In this document: one piece after another, positions 58,198-64,000 of the stretch
Layout of the letters: each line of letters starts with the position of its first letter
How positions within the stretch are numbered: the first letter of the stretch is position 1
Assembly: GCA_002189035.1 (NCBI GenBank)
Contig: CM007992.1
Coordinates: forward strand, 558,001-622,000
Source: Utricularia gibba
Lineage: Eukaryota > Plantae > Magnoliophyta
Reading direction: 5' to 3'
DNA length: 64,000 nucleotides
The notes under the pieces: generated by a model
The model's database searches: none
Told to the model about the DNA's origin: nothing
The model's input: the letters and a program-made list of their open reading frames with translations, nothing else
Made by a program: the position numbers and the translations under genes

Positions 58198-58687
58198 CTC
58201 ACAATCAATCACCATGTGATCTCTACGTTTAGGGTATAGTCTATGTGACTTATTTTATAATTTATGATTTAAAGTAAAAATAAAAATAAGTGTTTTACTT
58301 CTTCTGTTTATTCTAACTTTTATTACTACTTATTTATAACTTATTTTAATTTTAATTATTTCAACAACTTATCACATAAGTTGATAAAATATAATTTATT
58401 CAATAAATATATTAATTAATTTAAAATAGACTACTTCTACTTATTTTACATCTATTTGTACAATAACTTCTACTTATGAATTAAGTAGAAGTTATTGATT
58501 AGTCACACAGATTACACCCTTAGATTTTGTTTAGAACAAATTAACCCTCAGTTTTGATGAAAATGTCTTAAAACAGCCCTACAATCTGCCCTCCAACGGT
58601 GTAAAAGTCGTTTGAAAATCGTCATGGAGTTTTAAAAAACAGAATAAATAGCAAAATGCGTACTCTCATGAGGCAGGGCAGGCTACA

Positions 58688-61456
58688 TTACACATCCACG
58701 ACCAGCTTCGCATCCAGATGGGAGAACTCCGTGAAGAAGGCTTTCATGTGCTCGTACGAGTGCTTCACATCATCCACAGCACACATTTCTCGAATGCTGT
58801 GCATCGACAACTGGGGCGCACCCACGTCGACTGTTCGGATGCCCATACCGCTGGCAAGGATTGGGCCGATGGTCGAGCCACAGGCCATGTCGTTGCGAAC
58901 CACGAAGTCCTGTGGACAGAAGCAGGAGTTTGGATGGGAATGAATGTGAGAGGAAACAAACAGCTGCCGGATGAGAATTGAGACCTGTACAGGAAGTTTG
59001 TTCTTGGCTGCTATTTCTCTGAACAGGAATGAAGTTACAGCATTGGTTGCGTATCTTTGGTTTGCATTGGTCTTGATGACCAGGCCACCGTGCATTTTCG
59101 GTTGATGGTTTTCTTCGTGTTTTTCCTGTACAGGGTAAGGAGCTTCTTTAGCTAGGTAGGGGAAATGGCTAGAACATGGAAATCCTGCCAAGGACAAAAA
59201 AATCAGCTTACCATGTAGTTTGGATGCAACGCATGAGCCATGTCTGCTGATACAAGAAAGCTCCTCTGGATTGCTTTTTGCAGTAACTTCATTTGGAATG
59301 GGTATCAAAAATATAATCATTTAGCATATACAGCAGACTGAAGATGGGGGGAGGAATACATGAACTGACAGTAGAAATATTTCTACCTTTGAATCTGAGG
59401 TGAAAGAACCTGTGATTCGTGACAAAGTATCCAAGATGACAGGTGATCCAGCTCCTTGTGCCGAATCAGACCCGACTTCCTCATGATCAAACAAGGATAT
59501 CATTCTTATGCCAGTCTCCTCTTGAAGACTGGCTTCCCCGGAAGTGGAATCTATCAGTGCCTGGAAAAGGCGGATTCATGCTGTAACAATGGGAGCTAAT
59601 CCTACGTTTCCAATACAGAAGCTTACAAAACAATGGGAGCTAATGATGAAGTTTTAAAAACATATAAACTCAAAAAATCAAAACAGTATATGGAGAGCAG
59701 ACAGCACATGCTGGCTTGAATAATGTACACACCTTTAAGGAGCAAAATGACATGCACAGATTATCGAGTCTTCCGGAGAAAATGAATTCCTTCAAAGCAC
59801 CAGCAATGATACTTTTTTGAGTGTCACATGCTTGCAACTCATAATCACATATGTCATCTGGCTCACACCCAGCCTGAGCTGCAATCATCTGGAAAACAGG
59901 GGCAGGATATCAAGAAAATGAATTATTGATCATCAAAACTCAGATCAAATTAGATGAGCCTAATAAAGTCTTCTCGAAAAAAATTCACTTACATCCAATA
60001 GAATGGAATGATGCTTTTGGGTTGCACACGCCTTTCCCTCTATCTTCTTGGTTTCACTTGAAACGATTCCGTTATCGGGAGCAGGTTTACGCAGCTCAGC
60101 CTGTGATAGAAATGTACGGTTAACTATCAGAGTAACAATTCCAGGTGTATGCATATCTACACTTCATTACAAAATGTAGACAAAAGAATTAGGTGGTGAA
60201 TGGTTAATTGTCATAAAATAATATGCATGTACAGCACAGGATATATGGATTCAGACAGAAAAAAAAAAAAAGAAATACTACACAATAACAAAGATCATTT
60301 TAATGGAAAAGCATGGTAGAGGATATGTTGACAAAGGTATGTGTTGGTAGGTGCTAGCAATATTAGGTAAAAGCAAACATCTAAATTGAGCATTTCACCA
60401 GTACCTTAACTGATGTAGCCAAAACTGGAGCCAAGTGAGTCTGTTTGTTCATCTTGAATGCATCGTTTACTTCTCTATCCAACAAGGTTTTGCAGGATTA
60501 GAAAATGGAGAAAGTACAAGTATAAAAGAAGAAAACCATTCTTTAATAATAACGACACCTATCCAAATGGATAGCCAAAGATGGAATGCGCATGATAGGC
60601 TCCTCAATTCTGATAAGCTGGTGACGGAACGATTCAGACCCATCTTTCTGTTCTCTGATTATCACTCTGCCAGCAACAGTCAAATCCCGATCGAACCATG
60701 TATGCCATAAGCCACCTCCATAGGTCTGCACACCAACTTCCAAGTACCCGCCCTTCGTTGTCTGAAACAAAAACCATGAGTCCCCTACGCTAAATTCATG
60801 TGCCCCCTGAACTAAATGTAAAACCATTGGAAATGCATTCTAAACAGCATGACTACCTTCGTCACTGGCTTTAGTTTCAAACAGGGACTGTCAGTGTGAG
60901 CACCAATTATGTAAATCCCATTTCCAGCAACATACCTATGCCAGAGATGCAACCAACATCAGTTTAACGAAAGACATTCCTTCAACCACTGCCTACGGTA
61001 AGAAAAAATATCTTCAGAAAAGCAAGATATGGATGAGAAATTTCAATTAAGTTTCATACTTCTCGCCGATAGCAAAGGCAACAATTGTAGAGTAGTTCCT
61101 GGAAAAGAAGTATTTTTTTCCAGCCTCCAGTTCCCAGTCTTCCCTCTCCGATAGTTGACGATACCCAGCAGCTCTCAGTCTCCTTTTCGATTCATCTGAT
61201 ACACAAAACCAGACGTCTCAATTTTGGTTTCATCTCTATAATAACGCAAAAAAGAACGCCAGATAATCCAAATCAAAAATTCCGCCAGCCACATATAAAA
61301 AACATCGGGTATTGCAACAAATGACACATCGAGAAAAATGCCGTCTAATCCATGAAATGTTTTCAAAAACATGGAGAAGTAATGACCAACTGCATGGAAA
61401 GCTGTGGGAGAAGCATTCAAGAAATCCACGAGATCAATCGCGACTGGATTTTCCAT
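58688..61456 (-). CDS. AAP1: M18 aspartyl aminopeptidase, multi-exon
   Basis: [14 protein letters not shown]; GAHTDSP; [19 protein letters not shown]; GRLDNL; [16 protein letters not shown]; [34 protein letters not shown]. Confidence 0.93.
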
Positions 61457-62128
61457 CAGTCCTCCCACAAAACAACAGCGGCGGCGCAAACTCTCTAGTT
61501 TTCAAGATTTGTGCGCCTGTCAAAATTAAATGCAACCATGAGCAGTTTCCTGATTTGGTGTGCCGATGGCGTGTTTCTTCAGTTCCGTCTCTCTCTGGCT
61601 CGCCCATCCTTCGATCTTGCAATGGGCCGAGCTTCCGCATCTCGTTCTCTTTGGCAGCCCAATTTCAGGAAACGGGTCTGAGCGGAGGAGTTTCGACCCG
61701 AGCCTAAAATTAGGATTAGGACCCGTTTCACTTGAGCATGGTGGTTCGTTTGCTTTTGGGCCCCCAACTAAACACAAATATCAATTTAATATATTTAATT
61801 ACAAAAACCACTTTAAATAAATTGTTTTTAACAAAATAGGTCTGAGTATTATCAACATCAATCGAAACCTCTTCAAAGAAGAACTTATTTGAGCGAGATT
61901 GTCTTAGATGGGGTTGATATAGAACACATTTATAAAAATTGTCACTATCAATTTATCTTTCACGTAAATATAATTCTCTTTCACATAAATATAAAATTTT
62001 TATACATACGATAATTATTTTTTTTCAAATACTATCTGATCAATTAAAATTTTGTAATTCACTATAATGCACAAAGACTTGGATAAATAATAGTTTCGTA
62101 TTGCTATGCAAAGCCTATGTAACCATTA

Positions 62129-62416
62129 GAGTATCTCCAACGGTTTCCTCGAAAGTCTACATGGCACTTCCATTTGGTTTATTAGATTTCTGGAAATCAT
62201 TATGTAGATGTAGTTTTGTTTTCAGATTTCCACTTCCATAATGGAAATGGAAATTCTATTAAAATGGGCATAAAAAAGATGACAACTCAGATTTTTAGAA
62301 ATGATTTATGTTACGAAAATGATTGTAAATAACATGTAAATTTAATAACTAGATTTTCGGAAATATAGTAAAAATGATATGACACTCCAGATTTCCGAAA
62401 ACCATTGGAGATGCTA
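62129..62416. mobile_element. Tourist/PIF-Harbinger-like MITE (288 bp)
   Basis: Ends GAGTATCTCCAACGGTTT and AAACCATTGGAGATGCTA are near-perfect inverted repeats of the GAGCATCTCCAA type; TTA on both flanks (62126-62128 and 62417-62419). Confidence 0.82.
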
Positions 62417-63646
62417 TTAGAGAGTTGTTATGCAGAATTACTGCATTGGATGAATAGTTGTAGTTTATAATGTTTATGATGTAGTAGGAGTTGTTGTATA
62501 GAATTTCATATAAATTAATATTTTTAAGAAATATAAAAGGTTTTTATTCCACAAAGTCTGGCTTGAAGAGAAAATTATAAATTTGAAAATACGACATAAA
62601 TAAATACGGTGAGGGTTGGACACTCATACTCGTCAATGCATTGGCTATGTATCCCATGCCACATATAGCGTTGTGGGTGCATGTAGTGGCTTCAATGCTT
62701 AGCGCCCTACTCTAATTCTTAGGGCTTTACATTACGCCCTTGTCCATGGCTGCGGTCGACTCCAGGGAAGAAAAATAGCCTACAAAACAATTACAACCAA
62801 TGAAACTCAGTCAACCACAACCCGGGGGGTTACTATCTTCTCCTGGGATATGCCTCTATTTGGTATATTCATCTTTCAAAAAGTAGAAATTACGATTTCT
62901 ATACACTTACAAAATAAAAATAGAGAAATTTCTCGTATTTGATATACTAATTAGAAGTAGAAATTGTTTTCACATACATCCAGAATGAGTTATTTAAGAT
63001 GAGCACCAAAAATTTATTTAGTTTCATTACCCATTCAAATGAAATGAATCGCTTGATAAATATTTTATGCATATGTTATGTAAACATAATTTACTGAAGT
63101 AATTTTATTTAATTTTTAAAGATTATAATTTTTTACCGTTTTACAGTAAAATCAAAAATTCAAATTTTGTGTTTGATTTCAAAAATTATTGAATTTCTAT
63201 TTCATTCACTAAATAATTGAATAATTATTTTTTATTTAATTTAAAATACATTTATATTATAAAATTAAATTATATGATATATTTTTATTTTATTAAATTT
63301 TATAATAATTTATATTAAACTGATTCTATTCATACAATCTCAATCTTAATTCTATTCTAATAATTTGAATCACATATTCAAAATACACATTAATTTACCT
63401 GTTTTTTTCTCAAAGCTTTTAAATCATTTAAAACCACAATTTACCCCATTTTATTTACTTACAAGTTACAACAAACAAGGTAGTAGTGAAGGAAGGATTG
63501 ATTAATTTGAAATGAATGATTGATTAATGCAGAGGAAGTCAATAATTGTCCAACCCATGACTAGGTAGACCTGCTGCATTATGCAAATTGGCATTCATTA
63601 CTAAGACAAAATTTGAACCACGTCCCATTTAATGACGACCGGGTGG

Positions 63647-63664
63647 CCCTAACCCTAACCCTAA
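63647..63664 (+). repeat. (CCCTAA)3 telomere-like / telo-box-like repeat
   Basis: Read directly. Confidence 0.7.
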
Positions 63665-64000
63665 CCATCCACAACTAATCCCTCCTTTCATGCTCTTTCT
63701 TTTTTTTTTCTATCAAACATAATATTATTTTAAATATACGAGTTTTAGTTCTCATTTTTTAAATATATATTTGTAAAATTTATGTATCCAATATAGTTTC
63801 AATTATATCATATGATACGTATTTATCGTATCGAAAATGGAGGGTATAATTTGGTATGCGATGTATGGTTCCAATGTGCATCTACGGGGACCTTATAATA
63901 TGAAACGTATGGTTAGTGGATCAATAATGGCATTGAATTAGGGACTATTATTTGAAATAAATCAACAGCTGGCTCGCTCCTAAGTCGAGTTTACTTCATA

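Overview
Gene-dense plant (eudicot-like) nuclear DNA with short, mostly 75-100 nt, introns. About 20 protein-coding genes can be supported: PHT4;6-like anion transporter (5' end outside the window), MEMO1-like, serine-rich protein, PHOX1-type TPR-PB1, NFD4/nodulin-like MFS, VPS55, KH-domain 3'-5' exonuclease, VPS32, TIM17-2, GOS11, MAM33-family glycoprotein, plastid aspartate aminotransferase, PDS5-like Tudor protein, mitochondrial ClpB4, a small orphan-like protein, SYP22-type syntaxin, DPM2, JMJ706/JMJ13-type demethylase, plastid GPAT (ATS1) and an M18 aspartyl aminopeptidase. The most unusual part is ClpB4-derived. A 2.3-kb degenerate copy just upstream of the parent (35044-37350) is built from segments that alternate in orientation five times and form two fold-back hairpins (about 310-bp and 54-bp stems). 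A third ClpB4 fragment, carrying a destroyed Walker A, lies inside a roughly 3.7-kb array of about 113-bp repeats at 49.2-52.8 kb. Also seen: an Ac/Ds-like hAT MITE, a Tourist-like MITE, about 550-bp direct repeats flanking the small gene, two GC-AG introns, a GG where an AG acceptor is expected in the aspartate aminotransferase gene, and two single-base homopolymer frameshifts in the PDS5-like gene that may be assembly errors. No tRNA, rRNA or CRISPR was found. No new protein-coding system is evident; the best candidate for something new is the hairpin-forming ClpB4 pseudogene as a possible small-RNA source, which is untested inference. Gene names come from recalled similarity to known plant proteins, not from database searches, and exon boundaries and identities were read by eye.
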